From IMG/VR virus record IMGVR_UViG_3300042878_001826, positions 64,001-128,000 of that record: DNA of 64,000 nucleotides. One strand, 5' to 3'. Positions 1 to 9,626 of this stretch are shown here, piece after piece. The DNA comes from a virus. Within the stretch, counting starts at the first letter, position 1, and each line of letters starts with the position of its first letter. The translations under genes and the position numbers were made by a program. The notes below the pieces were generated by a model. That model made no database searches. It was not told where the DNA came from and saw only the letters and a program-made list of their open reading frames with translations.

Positions 1-9
1 TGCCACAGA

Positions 10-189
10 TTATTCAACGTCTTTAATCTTTGGATAAAGCTTGTCGATAGAGTTCTTTCTTTTCCAAGATTTTGACAAGACGTAGTTTTTAAGGTTATTA
101 CCTATTTCTAAATCTATGCTTTTAGAAATCTCTTGTGAAAGTATCTTCATAAGCTCGTCTTCTGCGTTTATACTATTTTTATTTTTCAT
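10..189 (-). CDS. hypothetical protein (59 aa, likely start MKNKNS at 189)
   Basis: ATG at 189 overlaps the stop of the upstream gene (TAATG coupling). Confidence 0.6.
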   Translation of the reverse strand: MKNKNSINAEDELMKILSQEISKSIDLEIGNNLKNYVLSKSWKRKNSIDKLYPKIKDVE

Positions 190-755
190 TAGAGCCACCA
201 AATTGCAGTCTTCCAATATTCACGTTCTGGGTGTTCATATACTTCTCCTTTATATTTAGAATTGAAATAGTCTTTGTTTGGTAAATCTGGATATCCTGAT
301 GTATCTTGACAATAATTGTCAAAAATAATTATTCCACCTTTTTTTACAAACTCTTCGGATATCTGTAGAGCATCTGCTCTATATGATCCATCGACTATTA
401 TACAATCCCACTTTTTATTCAGAGTTCTAATATAATTCAAATAGTTTTCTTTATTAGGATGTGCTTGTGTGGCGGAAAGTGGACATTGTACAACCTGCAT
501 TGTATAGTTTTTCTTCTGATTTTCATTCAGATATTCTATTATTTCATCTGCCCAAACAGAGTCATTTTCTAATGTATCAACACTCTTACAATTATAAGAA
601 TACCAAACCGTTGAGCAACCGCCTCCCCATTCGAATACATCCCAGTTTTTATAGTTCATTTTTAATAATACATCAAGACAAGGCTTGGTATACCAAGGTA
701 AAATTAGACCACAACTCTGGTCTACAAACTGAATTTCATTAGGATTTTTAAACAT
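189..755 (-). CDS. class I SAM-dependent methyltransferase-like protein (glycan O-methyltransferase type)
   Basis: VFEWGGGCST glycine motif; IIVDG; GGIIIFDN. Confidence 0.7.
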   Translation of the reverse strand: MFKNPNEIQFVDQSCGLILPWYTKPCLDVLLKMNYKNWDVFEWGGGCSTVWYSYNCKSVDTLENDSVWADEIIEYLNENQKKNYTMQVVQCPLSATQAHPNKENYLNYIRTLNKKWDCIIVDGSYRADALQISEEFVKKGGIIIFDNYCQDTSGYPDLPNKDYFNSKYKGEVYEHPEREYWKTAIWWL

Positions 756-764
756 TTTTAAATA

Positions 765-1406
765 TTATTTTTTTTGAAATAACGAGAAGCCATTCCTTAA
801 ATTTAGATTATCATAAAGTGTATTGTAACAACCACTTTCAATTATCTCTTTTCTTATTTTGGAACATTTGAGAATAGAGCTATCATCCAACGCCACAATT
901 CTTGTTCTGTCTTTAAGTTTTATCCATTCCGGGTAAGTAGTATATTCACCACCATCTAAAATTAAAAAATCGATTTGTTCTGGCAATTCGGATAATACTT
1001 TTTTTGAAATCTTTAGTAGTGAAAGGTCTTTATCATACCATAATCGTGCATGCTCATCTATGTTAAAATCTATTTCACTATGATTGAACCAAAAAACATC
1101 CTCAAAGTCTATTATAGAACCATTTAGTAATGTTACATAGTCGGATAATTGTTTATTCTGTCCTGATTTGTTTAAAACATTTACCGAGTTCAAATTTGCC
1201 AATGCGGTATTATACATATCTTCATACATCTCTATAGAGATAAAGTTTTTATTCTCATTACTTTCTATGATTGCTCTTATAACACAATTTGTAGAACCTA
1301 ATCCATTCCATGTACCAATCTCTACAATGTTTTTAACATCATCTCTTTTTGAAACTTCGAAAATTAAGTCTCCTGCAATATCACCTAAATTTATTTGACC
1401 ACTCAT
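765..1406 (-). CDS. class I SAM-dependent methyltransferase-like protein
   Basis: IVEIGTWNGLGST motif I; LILDGGE; LDD. Confidence 0.7.
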   Translation of the reverse strand: MSGQINLGDIAGDLIFEVSKRDDVKNIVEIGTWNGLGSTNCVIRAIIESNENKNFISIEMYEDMYNTALANLNSVNVLNKSGQNKQLSDYVTLLNGSIIDFEDVFWFNHSEIDFNIDEHARLWYDKDLSLLKISKKVLSELPEQIDFLILDGGEYTTYPEWIKLKDRTRIVALDDSSILKCSKIRKEIIESGCYNTLYDNLNLRNGFSLFQKK

Positions 1407-1428
1407 TATTTATTTTTTATTTTTTTGT

Positions 1429-2004
1429 CTATTTGATTCTTTTTGCAGGAACTCCTACATAAGTACCGCTTTCTGTTATGTTTTTAACAACACCACTGTT
1501 TAGTCCTACGATTATATCGTCTGTTATTTTAGTTTTTTCTCTTACTGAACTATTTGATCCTAAATACACAGAGTCTCCTATTTTGCAATTTCCGGATATA
1601 ATCGAACCAGGCATGGCACTGAAGAAGTCGCCTATAACAGAATCATGTCCAATTTGTACTCCTCTGTTAAGAATACAATGACTTCCCAATTTTATGTTTG
1701 TTGTTAAAATAGAATATGGTCCAATATAGGTTCCTTCTCCTATTACTATATCGTCGGATATAATTGCGGTCGGATGCACAAACGAAAAGTATTTTGTATT
1801 CTTAGGAAGACTTTCTTTGACCTTTCTTCTTAAATTTGACTCTCCCAAACAAATCATCATTTCATATTTATCTGGATTAAAATCGCTTATAGGCTTTAAA
1901 AAATCGTTGCTGAAATCATCATCAACAAATATATCGACTTCCTCTTTCAAGAACAGAATCACTTCGCGCGCATGACCACCATATCCAAATATTGCTTTTT
2001 TCAT
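1429..2004 (-). CDS. sugar acetyltransferase, NeuD/PglD hexapeptide-repeat family
   Basis: GYGGHAREV N-terminus; left-handed beta-helix hexapeptide repeats; IGHD; C-terminal GVPAK. Confidence 0.9.
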   Translation of the reverse strand: MKKAIFGYGGHAREVILFLKEEVDIFVDDDFSNDFLKPISDFNPDKYEMMICLGESNLRRKVKESLPKNTKYFSFVHPTAIISDDIVIGEGTYIGPYSILTTNIKLGSHCILNRGVQIGHDSVIGDFFSAMPGSIISGNCKIGDSVYLGSNSSVREKTKITDDIIVGLNSGVVKNITESGTYVGVPAKRIK

Positions 2005-2639
2005 TATCTTTCTTTTGTGTATATTTCAAATTTTGATAAATCAGGGTATGGTAATTCCAAATCTTCATTCTTTTTAGGAGTTCCATCAGTATTGTAAAAT
2101 TGACCCATCAATAACATACCTCTCGCCGCAAGCTCTGGCATCATATAGAAGTTCCAACCTAGCATATCAAGATTGTCATCATGATAAGAACATTCTCTCC
2201 TACCACTATAGCGCGCTCTTTTGAACCAGTGATATGCCTCTAGGCTATCGGTTAGTATTGCACCACCCTTACTCAGTTTAAAGTGCTTGTAAGGACCTGT
2301 AAATGATATACACATATGTGTTCCTTTTTTGTACATATTCGATGTAAATGATAGAGCGGAGTCCCAAACATTTGTTGGTTCTAATTGATATGCACCTTTT
2401 ATTGTTTTACCCTTAACTTCTTTGAACTTTACCTTAGCACCTGCGTGTATTATCTCACAAGGAACTGAAGGATATGTTCTTGAAGGAATTGTTATATCAA
2501 TTCCTTTAACATTTTCATACATTAATGCTAAGAATAATGCATTACTTTGATTATCGACTGTTACCACATAGGGTGCACCCGTGTAGATACTTAGAGCCTT
2601 TTCGAAATCTTCTGTTATTTTATAAACACCGTTTGACAT
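2004..2639 (-). CDS. DegT/DnrJ/EryC1/StrS family PLP-dependent sugar aminotransferase (short form)
   Basis: FEKAL..Y.GAPY.V; ALFLAL; DSA; SFTGPYKH..GGAI; GWNFYM. Confidence 0.8.
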   Translation of the reverse strand: MSNGVYKITEDFEKALSIYTGAPYVVTVDNQSNALFLALMYENVKGIDITIPSRTYPSVPCEIIHAGAKVKFKEVKGKTIKGAYQLEPTNVWDSALSFTSNMYKKGTHMCISFTGPYKHFKLSKGGAILTDSLEAYHWFKRARYSGRRECSYHDDNLDMLGWNFYMMPELAARGMLLMGQFYNTDGTPKKNEDLELPYPDLSKFEIYTKER

Positions 2640-2660
2640 ATATTTTTATTTTTATTTTTA

Positions 2661-3509
2661 TTACCAATAACAACCACCATCCATTAGGTTATGACCAGTC
2701 GGTATTTCATCTATAGATCTAGTCCAATGTTCGTTATAGTATTTATTTACTCTTTCCCAGTTATCCCATCGCGATCCTTTTATACCAAAAAGTATCTGAA
2801 GTTCCCCACCTACATAGATTGCCGATTTATTTAGACTATCTTTTATAAAAGAAACTAAAGGAATACCATAGTGTGAACATCCAAGAAGTGCAATATCAAA
2901 ATCCAACTCTGCAATTTCAGACTTCATAAAATCTAAAGATTCTTTCCAAGAAGAGTGAGGTCTATTTCCACCCAAAGTCCAAACCGGCTTATATGTTATA
3001 AGTTCAAAGTCTGGTAATTTTCCATCAGCCCATATAAGATTTCTTTTTTCATATTGCATTTTAATTGTTTCTTCAAAAGGGTAAATAACAAGAACTTTTT
3101 TACCTGCTAAACTTTTTGACCAAAAATCATTATGTCTAAATGAATAAAGTGACTCACAATCTATCTTAATAGATTCTGGAGATAGTGTATCAAAAATATT
3201 TTTTTGTTCGTCATAGACTAAATTAGATTCATCATCATTGAACCAAAATACCTGTAAGTCTGCATTAGATATACCATTACAGAATTCTTTGAAGAACTCT
3301 TCACCACATTGACCATAAACTCCACCTTGTTCTATTATAGAAGCTAAAGTATTACCATTAATAGTATAGTTTAATCCATGTTTTAAATACCAATCAACCC
3401 ATCTAACTTCTGCAAGTCCTATTCTGGTAAGTGCAAATGGTTTGTCATTTTTGATATGTTCTTTTATCAAAACATTCCCCGCAATTCCTTTATTTTTTAA
3501 ATATTTCAT
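2661..3509 (-). CDS. putative glycosyltransferase (GT-D-like)
   Basis: TRIGLAE; KKVLVIYPF; FDIALLGCSHYG; AIYVGG.LQILFGIKG.RW; glycan-cluster context. Confidence 0.6.
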   Translation of the reverse strand: MKYLKNKGIAGNVLIKEHIKNDKPFALTRIGLAEVRWVDWYLKHGLNYTINGNTLASIIEQGGVYGQCGEEFFKEFCNGISNADLQVFWFNDDESNLVYDEQKNIFDTLSPESIKIDCESLYSFRHNDFWSKSLAGKKVLVIYPFEETIKMQYEKRNLIWADGKLPDFELITYKPVWTLGGNRPHSSWKESLDFMKSEIAELDFDIALLGCSHYGIPLVSFIKDSLNKSAIYVGGELQILFGIKGSRWDNWERVNKYYNEHWTRSIDEIPTGHNLMDGGCYW

Positions 3510-4339
3510 ATTGTTTTTTTATTTTTCATTAGAGCCACCAAATTTATTTGACCATTATTTATTTTTTTGTCTATTTCTTTTATAGTATCAAGAAGCAATT
3601 GTTTATATTCATATCCACATTTGTTGGATTCTAAATAGTATTCCTTTCTTTTGTCATATTCACTATACTTTCCAATACTTTCTATTACGTATTTATCATA
3701 GTCCATATTATAGTGTTTATATAGGTCTCTTATGTAGTCGTTGACAAACGTAAGTCTTCCTGAACCTATTATCTTATGAGAGTTTGTTTTTATAGATTCA
3801 TCTACTACGTATTTGGGATGAACTATATCTCTATAGAAATAAGTATCTCCGATTTCTATTACTTTTTTGTTTATTATAGAGTCGAATATCTTACCAAAAA
3901 GAAAATTATCATTTCTATAAACAGAATTAAAGTTGAAAGGATACATAACAAAAACATTATGATATTTTTCGTTTTTTGTTACATACTTTGACATTTTGTA
4001 TTTTGATTGAAGATACAAAGAGGTGTAGAAGTTGTAGTTCATAGAAATGTTGATCTTACCATCATATTGATTCCAAAGTTCGCAAGTGGAATATACAACT
4101 ACGGACTTTGATATATCTTTAACCATATCAATAACTTTTATAGTAAGATTGAAGTTTATCTCATCATGCATAGTGACATCTTCTATAAACTTTCTGGATT
4201 CACCAAAACATATAAAAACTCTATTCCAATTTTCTCCTGAGATTAAATCATAATCGATTTCACGAGATGATATTTTTACATAATCTTCAGGAAAGTAGTA
4301 AGATAGTTGAGATGTGTTTCCTATTACAAGATTTCTCAT
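3506..4339 (-). CDS. NAD-dependent epimerase/dehydratase (SDR) family protein
   Basis: LVIGNTSQL Rossmann-like start; YST; YLQSK (YxxxK); likely start MRNL at 4339. Confidence 0.7.
   Translation of the reverse strand: MRNLVIGNTSQLSYYFPEDYVKISSREIDYDLISGENWNRVFICFGESRKFIEDVTMHDEINFNLTIKVIDMVKDISKSVVVYSTCELWNQYDGKINISMNYNFYTSLYLQSKYKMSKYVTKNEKYHNVFVMYPFNFNSVYRNDNFLFGKIFDSIINKKVIEIGDTYFYRDIVHPKYVVDESIKTNSHKIIGSGRLTFVNDYIRDLYKHYNMDYDKYVIESIGKYSEYDKRKEYYLESNKCGYEYKQLLLDTIKEIDKKINNGQINLVALMKNKKTI
3516..3554. repeat. chimeric repeat: 29 bp identical to 176-204 joined to 15 bp identical to 1387-1401
   Basis: tttttatttttcattagagccaccaaatt and aaatttatttgacca, overlapping at aaatt. Confidence 0.85.
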
Positions 4340-5397
4340 TTTATTTCTTCTATAGTTTTTTTCCAAAGATTGTAGATATCTTTCTTTCTTGTTTTGTTAA
4401 AATCCATCATTTTTGAGTGTATGTCCATTAAATCTGTTTCTTCAAGTTTTTTACCCAAGTCATCAAATGAATCAAAATAAACTATATGTGGCATCCAGTC
4501 TTTGTTGTAGAAGTCTGAATATTTTATCCATTTTGACATAATAGGAATGTTATCATATCTATTTGGATCATTTGATCTATCACATTCTATAGAGGATACT
4601 GGTTCTTTAGTACCAAAAGTTTTATTCCATGTAAGTTCACTTAAAACTTGATTACTATATTTTGAGTATAAATCAATCATGAATTCCTCAGAAGGACAGA
4701 ATATAGGTATACCTGAGGTATAATATTCAAAAATAGACATGGTTGAACAGTTATAAGGTATTATAATTATTCCTTTGTATCCAGATATATCTTCCCATTT
4801 ATATCTATGTAGTGTATCTTTATCCGTTATAAAACTAGTATCAAAATTTATTTTTAATCTACTAGAATATAAGAAAGTATTTTTTATTGGTGACCATATA
4901 GTATTAGTATAATCGCATATATTTGGTATCAACTTACATTCTCTTTCTACAAAAAATTCAAAGTATCTTTTATCATATTCTGAATTTGCAACAGGTATTA
5001 TCATACCAGAATCTATTCCATTTCTAAGATACTCATTAAAGTATTCCCACTTATTTATATCTGATTGAAATGGAACTTCATATCTAATAGGTATTTGTAG
5101 TATAATCGGCTTTTTGAATTTTTCATAAATCATACTAAAAGCAGGTGGGTATGTACATATAAATCCATCATATTCAGATAATTCATCTTTATATCTTTGG
5201 TAAAACTCATCACACATGTCTTGATTCAAAGATTGCCAATTGTTTTGATTAACTACATCAACAGATGTAGGCATTCTATCAAAAACCCAATTATGACCAG
5301 ATACCGACCAACTTGTTACTTCATGGCCTAAATACTCAAATGTTTTTTTTAAATCTGCTATAACAGATATATGACAATCTAAATTAAAAAATTTCAT
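4336..5397 (-). CDS. putative glycosyltransferase
   Basis: 353 aa; PYNCSTMSIFEYYTSGIPIF resembles a GT-B C-terminal motif; cluster context. Confidence 0.5.
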   Translation of the reverse strand: MKFFNLDCHISVIADLKKTFEYLGHEVTSWSVSGHNWVFDRMPTSVDVVNQNNWQSLNQDMCDEFYQRYKDELSEYDGFICTYPPAFSMIYEKFKKPIILQIPIRYEVPFQSDINKWEYFNEYLRNGIDSGMIIPVANSEYDKRYFEFFVERECKLIPNICDYTNTIWSPIKNTFLYSSRLKINFDTSFITDKDTLHRYKWEDISGYKGIIIIPYNCSTMSIFEYYTSGIPIFCPSEEFMIDLYSKYSNQVLSELTWNKTFGTKEPVSSIECDRSNDPNRYDNIPIMSKWIKYSDFYNKDWMPHIVYFDSFDDLGKKLEETDLMDIHSKMMDFNKTRKKDIYNLWKKTIEEIK

Positions 5398-6108
5398 TTA
5401 TCCTAATATATTTTTTATTATTTTCCAATAGTCTGGATGTCTTTCATCATTTTCATCAAATGCATCACCAACAAACTCATAGTCTTTTCTTTGTGTTGGA
5501 AAAGGTCTTATTTCAGCACCGTATTTTAATCCAAACTCTGAATGTTCAAATGATTTACCAACAACCAACGGGTAAACTATCTGTCCCAAAAAATCCTGAT
5601 CCTCTGCTTGATACTTTCCTTTTCCTTGGTGTGCGTTCCACATCGCAAAAAGATTTGATATGTTTGATAGTATTCCGTTTCTGGAACCCCACATTCCTGT
5701 TAGTATAGGAACTTGATGATGTGGATGATCTCTCATTATATGAAAGTCTTTGTCAGATTTTAACCATTCGTTTATAGCCTCAACTTCTCTTAAAGATAAT
5801 CTAGAATCACAATCTCTTGATATCAATACATCAATTTCTGTATCTGCTAATGCGTTAAATCTCCAGAAAAGTCCACTATGGTTAAATCTTTCATACTCCG
5901 AAAATCTACCTTCTTTTCTTTTTAGAAGTATTATCTCTGTGTTGTCGGATTCCAATGACTTTATTAGATTCTCATCACATGAATCGTCTACATAGAATCT
6001 ACATATCCAACCAGGAAAATACTTTTTCGCTTGTTCAATGTTTTTACGTGCACCTATCCAATAGATTGGCTTGTCACCCCATAAGCTATATACTATTACT
6101 TTTTTCAT
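5398..6108 (-). CDS. putative glycosyltransferase (GT-A-like)
   Basis: YSLWG start; FWRF; SRDCDSR (DxD); MRDHP; GMWG; DQDFL. Confidence 0.65.
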   Translation of the reverse strand: MKKVIVYSLWGDKPIYWIGARKNIEQAKKYFPGWICRFYVDDSCDENLIKSLESDNTEIILLKRKEGRFSEYERFNHSGLFWRFNALADTEIDVLISRDCDSRLSLREVEAINEWLKSDKDFHIMRDHPHHQVPILTGMWGSRNGILSNISNLFAMWNAHQGKGKYQAEDQDFLGQIVYPLVVGKSFEHSEFGLKYGAEIRPFPTQRKDYEFVGDAFDENDERHPDYWKIIKNILG

Positions 6109-6142
6109 AATACCGATATTATATCACATCTAATAATTTTTA

Positions 6143-6856
6143 TTATTGTCTTATTCTTGTTGCCAAAATAGGCATGTTTTTCAAATCATTCCAGTTCTCT
6201 GAATATGTTTCGTCTTTGATTATTAAGCTTTTATATCTCTTTCTTAAAATACCTAAAATAGATTGATCATGTCTGTGATCTCTAAACTCTGATGTTCTCT
6301 TATAGTCATTCCATATATCAGAAAAAAGATCTGGATGTTCACAAGCCATTCTATAATACTCATTTATTATCTTTGTGGAGTTTTCACACTTTCTAAAAAT
6401 CAAAACACCACCGACAATCTGACTTGTTTTTCTCATTTCGTCATTATCATCTATTCCAAAATGTTCAAAAACTTTCTCATTTGTGTACATACTTTCAGTT
6501 AGTCCCGTAATTTCAAAAGACATAACACCACAATCATCTTCTTTTATCATTTCTAAATACTCTTCGAGTCTTTGTTTACCGTTTATGTTTATGTGACATC
6601 CGGCGTCCGCATAAATACAATAATCACCATCATTCATTCTATCAAAAGTACTCTTCAAAAAGTGAGATTTCCATAACCAATACCCGGCTCCTCTTGGTTG
6701 AAATAAATGTGGTACGGTTTTTTCTATAAACTCTTTTGGTAGATTTTCAGGTCCGTAAACACTAACCTCATCAAATCCCATACTTATAGCTTCTTGTCTT
6801 ATACGTTGCTTACTTTGTACGTATTTTGAATCACCGTAAGAAAAAAAATATATCAT
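6143..6856 (-). CDS. putative glycosyltransferase
   Basis: RGAGYWLWK; YADAG (DxD-like); HRHDQS; likely start MIYF at 6856. Confidence 0.65.
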   Translation of the reverse strand: MIYFFSYGDSKYVQSKQRIRQEAISMGFDEVSVYGPENLPKEFIEKTVPHLFQPRGAGYWLWKSHFLKSTFDRMNDGDYCIYADAGCHININGKQRLEEYLEMIKEDDCGVMSFEITGLTESMYTNEKVFEHFGIDDNDEMRKTSQIVGGVLIFRKCENSTKIINEYYRMACEHPDLFSDIWNDYKRTSEFRDHRHDQSILGILRKRYKSLIIKDETYSENWNDLKNMPILATRIRQ

Positions 6857-6857
6857 T

Positions 6858-7688
6858 TTATTTTTCAAATATTTTATACAAGAATGATTTAATATTCTCA
6901 ATCTTGTTGTTGTCTGGTATATTATACTCTTCGAACCATGGTTTGTTTAACATCTTTAAATATCTACTATCATCTTTATCAAGTGCGATAATATAGTCAA
7001 TCATATCATCTTCACTTGCAAAATCATAAAAGTTTATGAAAGATTCTGTATTAAACTCTTTCCCTATCAAAGGATTACCCCAATATAAAGGAATTGAATT
7101 CACAGTCATCGGCTCCATTATTTTTTCAGTTGTATAACCAGGATGTTGTGGTCTATATGCGTTGTTCTCAAATGCAATAGAAAACTTATATTCGGATTGA
7201 AACTTTCTTTTGTCAGGTACTGCATAACCAATGTTGTTAGCAAATCTACCACCAGAATCAATCTTTTTATATTTAGAAAGTTTGGCAAAGAAGTTGTTTC
7301 GCTGCTGGCAATCTCCGTTAGAAACCACGAAGTTGCAGAACTTTCTTTTGGTCAACGATTCTTCTATCTTCTTTTCCAAAGCCAGTTCGTAGTATCCGTC
7401 GTATAAAAGATAGTGTGGTAGTCTATAGTTTCTGGAATCTTCCAAATAGTCGAAAGAGAAAGAATAGTCACAATATTCTAAAGGCGGTGCTATGTTCTCT
7501 CCGGTATAAAATATCTTCTTACAACTGTATCTTTGATGGTTCTGTCCAAACAAAGAAAAGAACAGAAAGTCAGGATTGTTTGAAATCTCTACTTCGAATT
7601 CTTCTTTAAGAAGATTGTAGAAATAGTTATCTGTCTTGTCGAATCCTCCCCAGAAGTCAGAGAAGTCTATCTTTATTTTTCTTTTCAT
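6858..7688 (-). CDS. alpha-1,3/4-fucosyltransferase, GT10 family
   Basis: FYTGEN; KFCNFVVSN; YKFSIAFEN; YTTEKI; PLYWG; likely start at 7688. Confidence 0.9.
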   Translation of the reverse strand: MKRKIKIDFSDFWGGFDKTDNYFYNLLKEEFEVEISNNPDFLFFSLFGQNHQRYSCKKIFYTGENIAPPLEYCDYSFSFDYLEDSRNYRLPHYLLYDGYYELALEKKIEESLTKRKFCNFVVSNGDCQQRNNFFAKLSKYKKIDSGGRFANNIGYAVPDKRKFQSEYKFSIAFENNAYRPQHPGYTTEKIMEPMTVNSIPLYWGNPLIGKEFNTESFINFYDFASEDDMIDYIIALDKDDSRYLKMLNKPWFEEYNIPDNNKIENIKSFLYKIFEK

Positions 7689-8386
7689 ACTATTATTCTT
7701 TCTTCTATTGACATAGACTGTCTTTTTTTCCATGTCAAATCATCTTCTGCCCATTTTGCATTATAAGCCTGATCCGCTTGATCTACTTCTCTTTTACCAG
7801 CAGCGTAGTGTAGATGTTCAAACATTGTCTCATCGTTCAACCTATCGTCGTAAAGAAGGTTTAAATCTTTTAGATTGTTGTATAACTCACAATCCGAAAA
7901 CATATGATTATATGCTGGGTGGTATATAACTCCATTCATTTTTCTTAAACAACCATAAGTCATTATAGGAATAGTGATTGCGGCATGAAGCATATTTGAA
8001 GAGTCTGGTAGTTGATAACCATCTCTAACCATCAAACCTACATCTCCTTTCCCTTCTAACTTATTCTTCAAATAAGTGTCCCATCCTTGTGGTGCCATAA
8101 AGTCGTCGCTCGCAAATACGACTATATCACCATCTTCACATTTACCCATCTTAATTCCTAAGTTGGAAGAAAGTTGATATGAAGGATAACAAACACCAAT
8201 CTTATTAGTGTTCAATGTTATCAAAAAGTTTTTACTTAGATATTCTCTAAGTTCGTCTGCTTGTTCTTTCCAGTTGACAGCGACGTATGTCTGTATGTTT
8301 TCTGGATTGTCAGCTCTCTTAATCCATTCAGAATGTGCTGACTGAAATTGTGCAGGTCTAAGCGTGCACCATAGTATGTGTATCAT
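7685..8386 (-). CDS. glycosyltransferase family 2-like protein
   Basis: ASDDF (DxD-like); GWD; HMFSD; FEHLH. Confidence 0.65.
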   Translation of the reverse strand: MIHILWCTLRPAQFQSAHSEWIKRADNPENIQTYVAVNWKEQADELREYLSKNFLITLNTNKIGVCYPSYQLSSNLGIKMGKCEDGDIVVFASDDFMAPQGWDTYLKNKLEGKGDVGLMVRDGYQLPDSSNMLHAAITIPIMTYGCLRKMNGVIYHPAYNHMFSDCELYNNLKDLNLLYDDRLNDETMFEHLHYAAGKREVDQADQAYNAKWAEDDLTWKKRQSMSIEERIIV

Positions 8387-9422
8387 CTTTTAATATATTT
8401 TTATTGTCATGCCAAATCATCAGCTTGACTAAAGATTCGAATTTTACCTGTGGTTCCCAACCCAAAACTTCTTTGGCTTTAGAGTAGTCACCTAATAAAG
8501 TATCGACTTCTGCAGGTCTATAATACTTACTATCTATCTCAACGATTACTTTTCTACCAGATTTAGTTACTAGTTTTTCATCAATACCTTCACCAACCCA
8601 TTCTACATCTACACCACATTGTTCTATAGCCAAATCAACAAATTCTTTAATACTATGTGTTTCATTTGTTGCAAGAACATAATCATCTGGTGTATCATGT
8701 TGTAACATTCTCCACATTCCCTCTACATAATCTTTAGCATAACCCCAATCTCTTTTAGAATAAAGATTACCTAATTTTAAAGGTTCAAATTCTGTTTTAT
8801 CGAGTAATGATTTCTTTATCTTAGAAAGGCCGATTGTTATCTTTCTAGTTACAAAAGTCTCACCTCTGCGTTCTCCTTCGTGGTTGAAAAGTATTCCGTT
8901 ACATATAAACATTCCGTAAGACTCTCTGTAGTTCTTTGTTATCCAAAGACCATACATCTTTGCACAGCCATAAGGAGATCTTGGATGCATAACAGATGTT
9001 TCTGTATATCCAGTTTCGGGCATATTGTAACTCATCCCACCATAAAGTTCTGATGTAGATGCTTGATATACTCTTGCCTTAGGACAATGATTTTTAACCG
9101 CCTCTAATATCACAAGAGTTCCCATCGCGTCTACCTGTCCTGTGTAATAAGGTTCTTCAAAAGAAACCTTCACATGTGATTGTGCTGCAAGGTTATATAC
9201 CTCGTCTGGTTGTATTTTTGATATTAAGTTTGAAATCACCAACGGATCGGTAACGTCTCCATGATGTAGATTTAGTCTATCAAATATGTGGTCAATTCTT
9301 CCAGTATTGAAGGAAGATGATCTTCTGATAACTCCGTGTACTTCATATCCTTTTTCTAAAAGTAGTTCTGCTAAATGTGAACCATCTTGTCCCGTTATTC
9401 CTGTTATTAAAGCCTTTTTCAT
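8358..9422 (-). CDS. gmd: GDP-mannose 4,6-dehydratase
   Basis: ALITGITGQDGS; NLAAQSHV; YQASTSELYG; PRSPYGCAK; FNHE; FVTRKIT; RDWG. Confidence 0.97.
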   Translation of the reverse strand: MKKALITGITGQDGSHLAELLLEKGYEVHGVIRRSSSFNTGRIDHIFDRLNLHHGDVTDPLVISNLISKIQPDEVYNLAAQSHVKVSFEEPYYTGQVDAMGTLVILEAVKNHCPKARVYQASTSELYGGMSYNMPETGYTETSVMHPRSPYGCAKMYGLWITKNYRESYGMFICNGILFNHEGERRGETFVTRKITIGLSKIKKSLLDKTEFEPLKLGNLYSKRDWGYAKDYVEGMWRMLQHDTPDDYVLATNETHSIKEFVDLAIEQCGVDVEWVGEGIDEKLVTKSGRKVIVEIDSKYYRPAEVDTLLGDYSKAKEVLGWEPQVKFESLVKLMIWHDNKNILKDDTHTMVHA

Positions 9423-9626
9423 TTATATTTTGTTTTTTAAATAAGCATTTACAATCTTTCCATCTTCTAACTCATAGGTTACTACTCTTAAATCATAAGA
9501 TTCTTTTATAGATTCACTATTATATAATAAGTATCCATTGAATTGGCATATTTCATTAGCGATTGCAAAATCTTTTCCTATAATCTCATCTGTTATACTG
9601 AAGATAAATCTTTTACTTTTTTTCAT
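9423..9626 (-). CDS. hypothetical protein between fcl and gmd
   Basis: 67-aa ORF tightly packed between its neighbours. Confidence 0.55.
   Translation of the reverse strand: MKKSKRFIFSITDEIIGKDFAIANEICQFNGYLLYNSESIKESYDLRVVTYELEDGKIVNAYLKNKI

Noticed and set aside
10-189. RKNSIDKL as another copy of the C-terminal tag
   Set aside because: Lacks the acidic second and basic fourth residues; too weak to count
6841-6848. Homopolymer tract near a glycosyltransferase start as a phase-variation switch
   Set aside because: Runs of 7-9 A/T are common throughout this AT-rich sequence and the frame is intact
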